Shown here: piece after piece, positions 23,607 to 33,135 of the stretch
How positions within the stretch are numbered: the stretch's first letter is position 1
Layout of the letters: each line of letters starts with the position of its first letter
From: Kineosporiaceae bacterium
GTDB lineage: Bacteria; Actinomycetota; Actinomycetes; Actinomycetales; Kineosporiaceae
NCBI GenBank assembly: GCA_046330935.1
Contig: JAXLRU010000005.1
Coordinates: forward strand, 120,096 to 184,095
Direction of reading: 5' to 3'
DNA length: 64,000 nucleotides
Position numbers and translations under genes: made by a program
The notes under the pieces: generated by a model
The model's database searches: none
Seen by the model: the letters and a program-made list of their open reading frames with translations, nothing else
Told to the model about the DNA's origin: nothing

Positions 23607-24020
23607 TCAGCCGCGCGTCGTCGCCAGGCGCCGGATGTTCGCCAGGGTCTGGGCGAGGCCCTCCTGGATCGCCTCGGGCTCGTCGTGCTCGGTGTGCAGG
23701 CGGACGTCGACGACGGACGTCGTACCGTCGCCACTGACCTCCAGCTCACCCTCGTAGTGGTGGTCCCCCTCGGCGCCCCAGCGGATCGTCCTGCTGGCCT
23801 CGTCGACGCGGAACCAGGCCTCGCCCCGCACGGTCTGCGGGCCCTCGCCCCCGGTGGCCTCGGGGGGAAGGGACGCCTCGACCTCGACGGCCTCACCGTG
23901 GGCGGGGTGCGCCTGCTGCATCCGGTCGACGTACTTGGGCATGTTCTCGACGTCGGAGAGGAAGTCGAACAGCGCGTCCGCGCCGAGGTCGACGGTCGCG
24001 GAGTCGTGGTAGTCGCCCAT
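23607..24020 (-). CDS. SRPBCC (START/Bet v1-like, polyketide-cyclase fold) family protein
   Basis: 137 aa, RBS GGAGG, composition typical of the SRPBCC ligand-binding fold. Confidence 0.55.
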   Translation of the reverse strand: MGDYHDSATVDLGADALFDFLSDVENMPKYVDRMQQAHPAHGEAVEVEASLPPEATGGEGPQTVRGEAWFRVDEASRTIRWGAEGDHHYEGELEVSGDGTTSVVDVRLHTEHDEPEAIQEGLAQTLANIRRLATTRG

Positions 24021-24186
24021 GGGAGCCTCCTGTCGCGGCGGCGGCACCGGTGCCACCACATCCGCCTCCCAGGCTCGCCCGCCCTGGCGGCCCGGGCGCG
24101 TCGAGACGGCACCCGTGACATCTGTCAGGGGCGGATCGTGACGACCTGCACGGGGACGGGCGGCCCGCTCACGGGAGCGTGGAGCC

Positions 24187-25167
24187 ATGACGACGACGAC
24201 CGGCGCCCCGGCGCTGCAGCTGCACGAGGTGACCAAGAGGTTCGGCGACGTCCTCGCCGTCGACGGCCTCGAGCTCACCGTCACCGCGGGAGAGGTGGTG
24301 GCGGTGCTCGGGCCCAACGGCGCGGGCAAGACCACGACCCTCGACATGGTGCTCGGGCTCGCCAGGCCGACCTCCGGCACCGTCCGCGCCTTCGGCCTGG
24401 ACCCCACCCGCGCCGTCGCCGCCGGGCGGGTCGCCGCGGTGCTGCAGTCCGGGGGGCTGCTGCGCGACCTGACCGTCGGCGAGACGGTCCGGCTGACCGC
24501 GAGCTTCCTGCGCTCCCACCGGCCGGTGGCCGAGGTGCTGGAGCGGGCGGGCATCGCCGACCTCGCCCCACGCCGCGTCGGCACCTGCTCGGGCGGCCAG
24601 CAGCAGCGCGTGCGCTTCGCCCTCGCCCTGCTGCCCGACCCCGACCTGCTGATCCTCGACGAGCCGACCACGGGCATGGACGTCGCGGGCCGCCGCGACT
24701 TCTGGACGGCGATGCGGCAGGACGCGCAGCGCGGCCGCACCGTGGTGTTCGCGACCCACTACCTCGACGAGGCCGACGCCTACGCCGACCGGATCGTCCT
24801 CGTGCGGGCCGGGCGCGTCGTCGCCGACGGCACGCCCGCCCAGATCAAGAACCTGGCTTCGGGTCGCGTGGTCAGCGCGACGTGGCCCGCGCCCGCCGAA
24901 GGGGAGCCCGGGGAGCTGGCGCTGCTCGCCGCGCCGCACGTGCGCGGCGTGGAACGGCGCGGCGACACGGTGCTCGTCACGACCACGGACTCCGACGCGG
25001 TGGCGAGGTACCTGCTCACCGCCACCCCCGCGTGCGACCTGGAGATCACCTCCCACCACCTCGAGGACGCCGTCCTCAGCCTTCTCGACGGCGCCGCGCC
25101 TCCCCTTCCCCTGGACGCCGAGACCGGCGGATCCCGCACCGACGAGCTCGTGAGGAGCACCCGATGA
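24187..25167 (+). CDS. ABC transporter ATP-binding protein (ABC-2/DrrA-like)
   Basis: Walker A GPNGAGKTT, signature CSGGQQQRV, Walker B LILDEPT, plus the C-terminal DrrA-like domain. Confidence 0.85.
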   Translation: MTTTTGAPALQLHEVTKRFGDVLAVDGLELTVTAGEVVAVLGPNGAGKTTTLDMVLGLARPTSGTVRAFGLDPTRAVAAGRVAAVLQSGGLLRDLTVGETVRLTASFLRSHRPVAEVLERAGIADLAPRRVGTCSGGQQQRVRFALALLPDPDLLILDEPTTGMDVAGRRDFWTAMRQDAQRGRTVVFATHYLDEADAYADRIVLVRAGRVVADGTPAQIKNLASGRVVSATWPAPAEGEPGELALLAAPHVRGVERRGDTVLVTTTDSDAVARYLLTATPACDLEITSHHLEDAVLSLLDGAAPPLPLDAETGGSRTDELVRSTR

Positions 25168-25484
25168 GCACCCCCACCCCCGTGGTCCCGACCGGCCCCA
25201 CCGTCGGCGTGCGCGCGGCGTCTCCGCCCGGACTGGGCGGCCTGACCTCCACGTTCCTCGCGATCGAGATCCGTCGCCTGCTGCGCAACCGCCGGATGGT
25301 GATCTTCTCGTTCGTGATGCCCGCCGGGTTCTACCTGCTCTTCGGCAAGGGCCGCCAGGATGCAGGCGACCCGGCGGCCGCCCGGTACGCCCTGGTCAGC
25401 CTCGCCCTCTACGCGGCCATGCTCACCTCGACGGCTGCGGGCGCCACCGTGTCCGTGGAGCGCGCGCAGGGGTGGAGCCGGCGG
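25164..25484 (+). pseudogene. ABC-2 family permease, N-terminal about 107 aa only (truncated after TM2/ERAQGWSR motif)
   Basis: ATGA-coupled to the ATPase. Sequence MVIFSFVMPAGFYLLFG...VSVERAQGWSRR matches ABC-2 permease N-termini, then homology stops. The remaining four to five TM helices are absent. Confidence 0.5.
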
Positions 25485-25581
25485 GCACGGGTTGTCGGGG
25501 TTGCGGGAGCGGGCGGAGGCGGCGGGTGCGGTGCTGCGCGTCGGGCGGGGGCGCGGGCGGGTTCGACGTGCGGGTGACGTG
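25483..25581 (+). pseudogene. Remnant matching the extreme C-terminus (HATPase_c G2 box/tail) of a sensor histidine kinase, in a different frame from the permease fragment
   Basis: Frame +1 translation GGHGLSGLRERAEAAGAVLRVGRGRGRVRRAG resembles the G-x-G-L-x-G-(M/L)-R-E-R-(A/V)-x-x-x-G-G-x-L tail of NarL-family kinases. No HisKA or ATP-lid region is present upstream. Confidence 0.35.
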
Positions 25582-26202
25582 GTGAGCGGGCGCGTGCGGC
25601 TGCTGCTGGCCGACGACCAGGCCCTCGTGCGCGGCGCGCTCGCCACCCTGCTGTCGCTGGAACCCGACCTCGAGGTCGTCGCCGAGGTCGGGCGGGGGGA
25701 CGAGGTGGTCGCGGCGGCCACGCAGGCGGGCGTCGACGTCGCCCTGCTCGACGTCGAGATGCCCGGCATGGACGGCATCGCCGCGACCCGTGCGCTGCTC
25801 GCCGCGATGCCGGCGGTGAAGGTTCTGGTGGTGACCACCTTCGGCCGCCCCGGCTTCCTGCGCCGGGCCTTGGAGGCGGGCGCGAGCGGCTTCGTCGTGA
25901 AGGACACCCCCGCACGGCAGCTCGCCGACGCCGTCCGGCGGGTGCACGCCGGCCTGCGCGTCGTCGACCCGGCGCTGGCAGCCGAGAGCCTCGCCTCGGG
26001 TGCGAGCCCGCTCACCGAGCGGGAGGCCGACGTCCTGCGCGCCGCGCGGGACGGCGGCACCGTCGCCGACGTCGCGAGGGCGGTGCACCTGTCGGAGGGC
26101 ACGGTCCGCAACCACCTGTCCTCGGCGATCGGCAAGACGGGGGCGCGCACCCGCGCCGAGGCGGTCCGGCTGGCCGAGGACGCGGGTTGGCTGCTGGGGT
26201 GA
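25582..26202 (+). CDS. Two-component response regulator, NarL/LuxR family (REC + HTH), apparently orphaned
   Basis: REC domain RVRLLLADDQALVRG with phospho-acceptor Asp in VALLDVEMPGMDG. C-terminal LuxR HTH LTEREADVLRAARDGGTVADVARAVHLSEGTVRNHLSSAIGK. Confidence 0.8.
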   Translation: MSGRVRLLLADDQALVRGALATLLSLEPDLEVVAEVGRGDEVVAAATQAGVDVALLDVEMPGMDGIAATRALLAAMPAVKVLVVTTFGRPGFLRRALEAGASGFVVKDTPARQLADAVRRVHAGLRVVDPALAAESLASGASPLTEREADVLRAARDGGTVADVARAVHLSEGTVRNHLSSAIGKTGARTRAEAVRLAEDAGWLLG

Positions 26203-26240
26203 GGGGGTGTTGCCTCCACGACCCGCGCGTGTACGTGCTC

Positions 26241-26534
26241 ATGTACATGACCGAAGTCGTCTCGGCCGCCGAACTTCGCGCCAACCTCAAGCGGCACCTG
26301 GACAACGTCACGTCGACTCACGAACGCGTCGTCGTCGCTCGTCAGGGCAAGCCGTCGGCGGTGCTCATTTCCCAGGACGACCTCGAGTCGCTCGAGGAGA
26401 CCGTGTCCGTGCTCAGTGATCCTGCCGCCATGGCCGACCTGTCCGGCGCCCAGGACGAGGTCGACCGGGGTGAGGTCTACTCGGCCGACGCCGTCCGGGA
26501 GGAGATGCGCGCCGAAGGTCGGCTCGCGCGGTGA
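26241..26534 (+). CDS. Type II antitoxin, Phd/YefM family
   Basis: MTEVVSAAELRANLKRHLDNVTSTHERVVVARQGKPSAVLISQDDLESLEETVSVL is canonical Phd/YefM. Confidence 0.8.
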   Translation: MYMTEVVSAAELRANLKRHLDNVTSTHERVVVARQGKPSAVLISQDDLESLEETVSVLSDPAAMADLSGAQDEVDRGEVYSADAVREEMRAEGRLAR

Positions 26535-26797
26535 GCTTCGAGGTCGTCCTCTCCCGCACGGCGCGACGAGCGCTGACGGAGACGCTGCCCCATGCCGTGG
26601 CGGCCTCGGCATGGGAGTTCATCGACGGACCGCTTCACGAGAACCCGCGACGCGTGGGCAAGCCGCTGGCCGGGCAACTGGCGGGTCGCTGGTCCGCGCG
26701 CCGTGGCACCTCCCGCATCCTCTCCTCGATCGACGGTGGTCGCCTGACGGTGCTGGTCCTGGACGTGAGGCGTCGCGCGGACGCCCACCGCACCTGA
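26531..26797 (+). CDS. Type II toxin, RelE/ParE family
   Basis: 88 aa. GTGA overlap with the antitoxin. RelE/ParE-like C-terminal segment GRWSARRGTSRILSSIDGGRLTVLVLDVRRRADAHR. Confidence 0.8.
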   Translation: MSFEVVLSRTARRALTETLPHAVAASAWEFIDGPLHENPRRVGKPLAGQLAGRWSARRGTSRILSSIDGGRLTVLVLDVRRRADAHRT

Positions 26798-26834
26798 GGA
26801 CGGCGGCACACACCGCAGCGAGCGCTGCCACACA

Positions 26835-28010
26835 ATGGACGGCGTGACCCTGCGCATCGGACCCCACGTCGTGCCCACCCCCGTGGTGCTGGCACCGATG
26901 GCGGGCATCACCAACCAGGCGTTCCGCCGGCTGTGCCGCGAGCAGATGGCCTCGGCGGGCGGCAAGGGCGTGTTCGTCAGCGAGATGGTCACCTCCCGCG
27001 CGTTGCTGGAGCGCAACGCCGAGTCCATGCGGCTGATCCAGCACGACCCCGACGAGGACCCGCGCAGCGTCCAGCTCTACGGCGTCGACCCGGGCGTCGT
27101 GGGCGCGGCGGTGCGGATGCTCGTGGAGGAGGGCCGGGCCGACCACATCGACCTCAACTTCGGCTGCCCCGTCCCCAAGGTCACCCGCAAGGGCGGCGGG
27201 TCGGCACTGCCGTGGAAGACGGGCCTGTTCGCGGCCGTCGTGGGTGCCGCCGTCCGCCATGCCGCTCCCGCCGGCGTGCCCGTGACCGTGAAGATGCGCA
27301 AGGGCATCGACCCCGACCACCTCACCTACCTGGAGGCGGGCAGGATCGCCGAGGCGCAGGGGGCGGCGGCGGTCGCGCTGCACGCCCGCACGGCCATGGA
27401 GTACTACGGCGGGACGGCCGACTGGTCGGCGATCGCGCGGCTCAAGGAGGTCGTCACCGGCGTGCCCGTGCTGGGCAACGGCGACGTCTGGACGGCCGAG
27501 GACGCGGTGCGGATGATGCGCGAGACGGGCTGCGACGGCGTCGTGGTCGGCCGCGGCTGCCTGGGGCGGCCGTGGCTGTTCGCCGACCTCGCCGCGGCGA
27601 TGGCCGGCAGTGACGCCCGGGTCCACCCCACCCTCGAGGAGGTGCTGGCCGTCATGCGCCGCCACCTCGTCGTCCTCGTCGAGCACTTCTCCGAGCAGTA
27701 CGACGACGCCGAGCGCCGCGGCTGCCGCGACATCCGCAAGCACGTCGCCTGGTACCTCAAGGGCTACGCCGTCGGGCACGACCTGCGCTCCCGCCTCGCC
27801 CTGGTGGAGTCGATCGAGGAGTTCGACGAGCTCGTCGCGGGCGCGGACGGGGACCAGCCCTACCCGGGGGAGGTCGCCGAGGGGCCGCGCGGGCGGACCA
27901 GTTCGGCGCGCGGGGTGAGCCTGCCCGACGGGTGGCTGCGCTCGCGGGACCTGGACGACGCCGAGCTGGCCGGCGTGGGACAGGCGGAACTGTCGGTCTC
28001 GGGCGGTTGA
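26835..28010 (+). CDS. dusB: tRNA-dihydrouridine synthase
   Basis: TIM-barrel Dus motif VLAPMAGITNQAFRRLCRE, catalytic Cys in NFGCPVPKV, and a C-terminal helical domain. Confidence 0.9.
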   Translation: MDGVTLRIGPHVVPTPVVLAPMAGITNQAFRRLCREQMASAGGKGVFVSEMVTSRALLERNAESMRLIQHDPDEDPRSVQLYGVDPGVVGAAVRMLVEEGRADHIDLNFGCPVPKVTRKGGGSALPWKTGLFAAVVGAAVRHAAPAGVPVTVKMRKGIDPDHLTYLEAGRIAEAQGAAAVALHARTAMEYYGGTADWSAIARLKEVVTGVPVLGNGDVWTAEDAVRMMRETGCDGVVVGRGCLGRPWLFADLAAAMAGSDARVHPTLEEVLAVMRRHLVVLVEHFSEQYDDAERRGCRDIRKHVAWYLKGYAVGHDLRSRLALVESIEEFDELVAGADGDQPYPGEVAEGPRGRTSSARGVSLPDGWLRSRDLDDAELAGVGQAELSVSGG

Positions 28011-28019
28011 ATCGCGACG

Positions 28020-29264
28020 ATGACGTACTCCGACGGCGACCGCGCGCGCTGGGTGCCCGAGCCCCCCAAGGATCCGGGTCGGGGCGAGTTCGCCCGCGAC
28101 CGGGCCCGGGTGCTGCACTCCTCCGCGCTGCGCCGCCTCGCCGCGAAGACGCAGGTGGTGGGCCCCGGAAGCGACGACTTCACCCGCACCAGGCTGACCC
28201 ACAGCCTCGAGGTCGCCCAGATCGGTCGTGAGCTGGGTGCCGCGCTGGGCTGCGACCCCGACGTCGTCGACACCGCCTGCCTCTCCCACGACCTCGGCCA
28301 CCCCCCGTTCGGCCACAACGGCGAGACCGCCCTCGACGACCTCGCCGCCGACATCGGCGGGTTCGAGGGCAACGCCCAGACCCTGCGCGTCCTCACCCGG
28401 CTCGAACCCAAGATCGTCGACCCGCGCACGGGTCGCGGGGTGGGGGTCAACCTCACCCGCGCGAGCCTCGACGCCGTCGCGAAGTACCCGTGGCGGCGCG
28501 GGCAGGGCCCGCCGCACACCTCGCCGGCCAAGTACGGCGTGTACGCCGACGACGCCGAGGTGTTCGCCTGGTTGCGGCACGACCCCGACGCCGCGGGGGC
28601 GCGGCGGTGCCTGGAGGCGCAGGTGATGGACGTCGCCGACGACATCGCCTACAGCGTCCACGACGTCGAGGACGCGGTCGTCGCCGGATCCGTCGACCTC
28701 GGCTGGCTGGACTCGCCCGAGGTCCGCGGCCGCGTCGCCGGGCGCGCGCGCAGCTGGTACGACGCGGGGATCACCGACGCCGACGTCGAGGCCACGGTGC
28801 TGCGCCTGTCGACGCTGCCCACCTGGGTGGCCGGATTCGACGGCAGCCTCCGCGCGCTCGCGGCCCTGAAGAACCACACCAGCCAGCTGATCGGACGATT
28901 CACTCGGGCCACGCAGGTCGCCATGCGGGACCGTTACGGGCCCGGCCCGCTCGCCCGCTATCGGGCCGATCTGGTCGTCCCCGAGGCCACGCGCGCCGAG
29001 ATCGTCGTGCTCAAGGCTGTGGCCGCCGAGTTCGTCATGTCCGCGGCGGCCCGTCGCCCCGAGTACGAGCGCCAGCGCGAGGTCCTCGTCGACCTCGTGG
29101 GTCTGCTCACCAAGCACGCCCCCGAAGGGCTCGACCCGATGTTCGCGGACCTGTGGGCGCACGCCCCCGACGACGGCGCGCGGCTGCGGGTCGTCGTCGA
29201 CCAGGTCGCCTCCCTCACCGACGCCAGTGCGGTGCTCCGGCGGGCCAGGCTGCTCACGGCGTGA
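28020..29264 (+). CDS. dgt: dGTP triphosphohydrolase-like HD-domain protein
   Basis: HD motif THSLEVAQIGR...SHDLGHPPFGHNGE. dgt-dnaG adjacency is conserved in Actinobacteria but is interrupted here. Confidence 0.85.
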   Translation: MTYSDGDRARWVPEPPKDPGRGEFARDRARVLHSSALRRLAAKTQVVGPGSDDFTRTRLTHSLEVAQIGRELGAALGCDPDVVDTACLSHDLGHPPFGHNGETALDDLAADIGGFEGNAQTLRVLTRLEPKIVDPRTGRGVGVNLTRASLDAVAKYPWRRGQGPPHTSPAKYGVYADDAEVFAWLRHDPDAAGARRCLEAQVMDVADDIAYSVHDVEDAVVAGSVDLGWLDSPEVRGRVAGRARSWYDAGITDADVEATVLRLSTLPTWVAGFDGSLRALAALKNHTSQLIGRFTRATQVAMRDRYGPGPLARYRADLVVPEATRAEIVVLKAVAAEFVMSAAARRPEYERQREVLVDLVGLLTKHAPEGLDPMFADLWAHAPDDGARLRVVVDQVASLTDASAVLRRARLLTA

Positions 29265-30237
29265 CCGGCGTGACCAGCCCTCCGGCGGCGCGCGCGTAGC
29301 GGTCGGCCAGCTCGGCGCAGGCCGCGGCGAGCTCGGGCGGTCCCACGACCTCGAGGTCGCAGCCGAAGCGGCCGAGGGACGCCGCGAGCCCCTGCCACGA
29401 CCATGAACCGGTCACCATCCGGCAGCGGTCGGGGCCTAGCTCCTGCACCAGCGCGTCCCCGGCGTAACGGGAGACGACGTCGGCCGGCAGGTCCAGGATC
29501 ACCTCACCGCGGCAGGCCCAGCCCGCCCGGCCCCGGAATCGGGCCAGGACGAAGGCGGTCACGTCGCCGCCGGGCAGCTCCCGCGGCGTGAACCGGGCAC
29601 CGTTCGGCGTCCGCAGTCGCATCCGGTCCACGCGGTAGGTCCGCCAGTCCTCGCGGTCGACGTCCCAGGCGAGCAGGTACCAGCGGCCCGCCCAGGTCAG
29701 GAGGTGGTGCGGCTGCGCGCGCCGCCAGGGTGCGCCCGTCGGGGCCGTCCCGCCGTCGTAGTCGAAGCGCAGCTCCTCGTGGTCGCGGACGGCCGACCCG
29801 AGCGCGACGAGCGTCGCCGCGGGAGGGGCCACCTCGGCCCGGCGCCGTGGCGGCCGCACGGCCGTCACCCGGACGGCGTCGACCCTCGAGCGCAACCTCT
29901 CCGGCAGCAGCTGCCGCACGGTGCCCAGGGCGCGGGCCGCCTCCTCCTCGATGCCCGTCCCGGAGTCCGCCGCCAGCTGCAGCGAGACGGCGAGCGCGAC
30001 GGCCTGGTCGTCGTCGAACAGCAGCGGCGGCAGCCGGGCCCCCGCCGCCAGCCGGTAGGCCGCCGCCGGACCGCGTCCGGCGGCGATCGGGTACCCGAGC
30101 TCCCGCAGCCGGTCCACGTCCCGCCGGACGGTGCGGGCGCTGACGTCGAGGCGTGCGGCCAGGTCCGCGGTCGTCCACTCGGGCCGCGCCTGCAGGAGGG
30201 ACAGGACGGCGAGCAGGCGGGACGACGTCGCGGGCAC
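29254..30237 (-). CDS. YafY-family transcriptional regulator (HTH + WYL + WCX domains)
   Basis: N-terminal DeoR-like HTH (SSRLLAVLSLLQARPEWTTADLAARLDVSARTVRRDVDRLRELGY). Central WYL-type region (RFDYDGG...HLLTWAGRWYLLAWDVDREDWRTYRVDRM). GTG start at 30237. Confidence 0.75.
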   Translation of the reverse strand: MPATSSRLLAVLSLLQARPEWTTADLAARLDVSARTVRRDVDRLRELGYPIAAGRGPAAAYRLAAGARLPPLLFDDDQAVALAVSLQLAADSGTGIEEEAARALGTVRQLLPERLRSRVDAVRVTAVRPPRRRAEVAPPAATLVALGSAVRDHEELRFDYDGGTAPTGAPWRRAQPHHLLTWAGRWYLLAWDVDREDWRTYRVDRMRLRTPNGARFTPRELPGGDVTAFVLARFRGRAGWACRGEVILDLPADVVSRYAGDALVQELGPDRCRMVTGSWSWQGLAASLGRFGCDLEVVGPPELAAACAELADRYARAAGGLVTPVTP

Positions 30238-30327
30238 GATCTCGAGGATGCCAGGAGAAGCGGCCAGAAACTGACCGCCACCCGCGGGAGGGTGGTCCCC
30301 GACCCCGTACCGACGGAAGGGCACGTC

Positions 30328-30930
30328 ATGACCACGACCACCACCGCCTCCCCGACCGCCGACCCCGCGCCCGCGCTCGCCCCGGGCTCGGAGAAGGCCG
30401 ACCTGCTCGCCGAGCTGGCCGTGGCGCGCGAGGCGCTCGTCCGCTCCACGCAGGGCCTCGACGACGAGCAGATCGCGCAGCGCCCGACCGTGTCGGCCCT
30501 GTGCCTGGGCGGTCTCGTCAAGCACGTCACCCAGGTCGAGGCGGCCTGGGTGCGGTTCATCGTCGAGGGCACCTCGGCGATGTCGTTCGACCTGCCCGAC
30601 GGGGTCACCTGGGAGGCGCTGTTCAGCGGCACCGCGGCGTCGGTCCCGCAATGGATGGTCGAGCGCCAGGAGGGCTTCGGCGTGCGTCCCGGCGAGACCC
30701 TGGCCTCGATCCTCGCCGCCTACGCCGAGGTCGCCGCACGGACCGAGCAGGTGGTGCGCGAGCTGCGCGACCTGAACGTGGCGCACCGGCTGGCACCGGC
30801 GCCCTGGAACGAGCCCGGCGCCGTGCACACCGCTCGGCGCGTGCTGATCCACGTGATCGCCGAGACCACCCAGCACGCGGGTCACGCCGACCTCCTGCGC
30901 GAGACGATCGACGGGGCGACGGCGACCTGA
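30328..30930 (+). CDS. DinB_2/DUF664 (mycothiol-dependent maleylpyruvate isomerase N-terminal-like) metalloenzyme-fold protein
   Basis: 200 aa with a conserved His triad pattern (HVTQVE...HVIAETTQHAGHADLLRE). Divergent from yafY, a common pairing. Confidence 0.6.
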   Translation: MTTTTTASPTADPAPALAPGSEKADLLAELAVAREALVRSTQGLDDEQIAQRPTVSALCLGGLVKHVTQVEAAWVRFIVEGTSAMSFDLPDGVTWEALFSGTAASVPQWMVERQEGFGVRPGETLASILAAYAEVAARTEQVVRELRDLNVAHRLAPAPWNEPGAVHTARRVLIHVIAETTQHAGHADLLRETIDGATAT

Positions 30931-30956
30931 GCCCACGTCCGTCACCCGGCCCGCTG

Positions 30957-30987
30957 CCCCGGCCACCGCTGCGTGCGGCGGCCGGGG
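30957..30987. terminator. Convergent-gene hairpin (CCCCGGCC ... GGCCGGGG)
   Basis: 8-bp GC stem between the DinB_2 stop and the flotillin stop. No U-tract. Confidence 0.3.
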
Positions 30988-31007
30988 CGACGGTTCCCCG
31001 GGCGTGC

Positions 31008-33011
31008 TCAGGCGAGCGGTGCGGCCGCCGTCGGGGCCGCGCTCCAGCCGCTCAGCCCCGCGGTGAGGGTCGCGGCGAGGCCGGTCAACGCCGAGCCCTC
31101 GGCGCCCGAGACGAGCACGTCGGGGACGATCTTCACCTGGCCCTCGGCCACCGCCGCGGCCACCGCGACCGCCGCCGTCGCCTCGCGACCGAGGGCGGCG
31201 ACCTGGGCCGAGTACCCGGCGGCCCTGGCCACCCCGATCGCCTCGGTCGCTGCGGCGTCGGCGAGGCCCACCGCACGGCGCCGGTCGGCGTCGGCCTGTC
31301 CGGTCATCCGCGTGTACGCGGCCGCGCCCTCCGCCTCCGCCGCGCGGGCGGCGGCCTGCGCGCGCTGGATGTCGACGTTGACGTTGGCCTTCGCGAGGTC
31401 GGCCTGCATGTCGGCCGTTCCGCGGGCCTTCTCCAGGTCGACGCGCACGACCTGCGCGCGCTGCTGCTCCTCGAACGTCGCGCGCTCCTGGTTGGCGATC
31501 TCACGCTGGGTCAGCACGGCGACCAGCTCCGGCGGGAAGCCGACGTCCTGGATGTAGACGCCCTTGGTCTCGACGTCGTAGCGGTCCAGGTAGGAGCGGA
31601 TGTACTCCTCCGCGCGGTGCTGCACGGCGTCCCGCGTCTCGATGAACTCCACGGCGGGCAGGGATTGCAGCGTGTTGCGGAAGTAGTTGCCCACGGCCGA
31701 CTGCAGCACCTCGTTCACGAGGTTCTGCATCGTCCCGACCATCGAGATCACCTTCGGTGCCTTGGAGTCGGGGACGTGGATCTGCACCTGCAGGTCGATG
31801 CCGAACACGAAGCCCTCGCGCGACTTGCCGTCGATGGGATTGAGGCCGGCGTCCAGGGTGTGCGCGAGCGAGACGCTGTTCGCCCAGTTCAGCGTGAGGA
31901 TCGAGGTGGGCACGACCTCGGGGGCGTACAGGCGAGGGTTGATCGGGTACTTGCCGGTGCGCAGCGGCTCACGCCAGATGCCCCGGTGGCCCGGCCGCAC
32001 GATCGAGCCGAACTTGAACTCCTGGCCGGAGGTGTCCACCGTCGGCAGGCCGACGTAGGACTTCACGACGGCGACCTGGCCCTGGCGCACGACGAGCATC
32101 GGCACGAACTCCACCCGCACCAGGAACGGGTTGATCAGGTAGGACCCGTACAGCAGCGGGTCGTGCTGCAGGCCGATCCGGCCGCCGGCGTCGAGGAACG
32201 CCTGGTAGTCCTGGTAGCTGTTGTGGATCTCGTTACGGCTGGCCAGCAGCGCCTCGATGACGGCCGAGTCGGGGCTGCCCTCGTGCTCGCCGTCGCCCTC
32301 CAGCGCCGCGATGTCGCTGTAGCCGCCCAGGCGCGAGGCGATGTCGCCGGCGTCGGGCGCCGGGCCCTCCAGAGTGGTGACGATGCCGACGACGTCCTGT
32401 TCGGCCTGGGGGGCGACGACGACGACGCGCAGCTGCGCCGGGTCGAGGCCGAAGCTCGCGCAGGTGAGCCGGCCGCGCCGGTCGGCGGGCAAAGAGCTGC
32501 TCACCGGCAGGCCGTAGACCCGCCCCGAGGTGAGCACGAGGAAGGCCACGGGGTGCATCGGCAGCAGCGTCCCGGGGGGCAGCACGGGCCGTTGGATGCC
32601 CTTCATGCCGCCGCCCTCGAGGAAGGCCGGCAGGTCGGTGAACGTGCCGTACTCGGTGCGGTAGGTGGCCGTCTTCGCGCCGATGGGCAGCGAGGCGCCC
32701 ACCTGGGAGATCACGACCCCGATCTCACCGGCCGGGACCTGCACCCAGGGGAACTTCTGGACGCCGTACACCGGCCAGAGCTTGAACCGCAGGCCGGGCA
32801 TCAGCAGCTTGGCCTGGTAGCCGGCCTCGCCGTGGAAGGCGAGGGGCTGATCGGCCTTGAGCCGCCGGCCGACGCGCTTGGTGACGAGCCCGACCTCGGT
32901 GGCTCCGACGACGCGCACCGACGCCAGCGCGGCGAGCAGCAGGAGGACGGCGGCGGCCGCCGTCACGAGGAGGCCGATCGGGAAGGGGGACACGGGGGAC
33001 TCCCGGGACAC
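31008..33011 (-). CDS. Flotillin-family SPFH/band-7 membrane scaffold protein (YqiK/FloT-like)
   Basis: N-terminal TM anchor, SPFH domain, long Ala/Glu/Gln-rich coiled-coil (QRAQAAARAAEAEGAAAY..), 667 aa. No NfeD partner adjacent. Confidence 0.8.
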   Translation of the reverse strand: MSRESPVSPFPIGLLVTAAAAVLLLLAALASVRVVGATEVGLVTKRVGRRLKADQPLAFHGEAGYQAKLLMPGLRFKLWPVYGVQKFPWVQVPAGEIGVVISQVGASLPIGAKTATYRTEYGTFTDLPAFLEGGGMKGIQRPVLPPGTLLPMHPVAFLVLTSGRVYGLPVSSSLPADRRGRLTCASFGLDPAQLRVVVVAPQAEQDVVGIVTTLEGPAPDAGDIASRLGGYSDIAALEGDGEHEGSPDSAVIEALLASRNEIHNSYQDYQAFLDAGGRIGLQHDPLLYGSYLINPFLVRVEFVPMLVVRQGQVAVVKSYVGLPTVDTSGQEFKFGSIVRPGHRGIWREPLRTGKYPINPRLYAPEVVPTSILTLNWANSVSLAHTLDAGLNPIDGKSREGFVFGIDLQVQIHVPDSKAPKVISMVGTMQNLVNEVLQSAVGNYFRNTLQSLPAVEFIETRDAVQHRAEEYIRSYLDRYDVETKGVYIQDVGFPPELVAVLTQREIANQERATFEEQQRAQVVRVDLEKARGTADMQADLAKANVNVDIQRAQAAARAAEAEGAAAYTRMTGQADADRRRAVGLADAAATEAIGVARAAGYSAQVAALGREATAAVAVAAAVAEGQVKIVPDVLVSGAEGSALTGLAATLTAGLSGWSAAPTAAAPLA

Positions 33012-33135
33012 AGGGGGGCCGGGTCCCCGCGCGGGGCGGGGCCGGGCCGCTCGCGCGTGGTCCGCGCGACGGCTGCCCTGGACGCTGTGTCCGCGGCCGC
33101 GGTTGCACGCCGTTCCTGTGCCCTGCGCGACGGCC

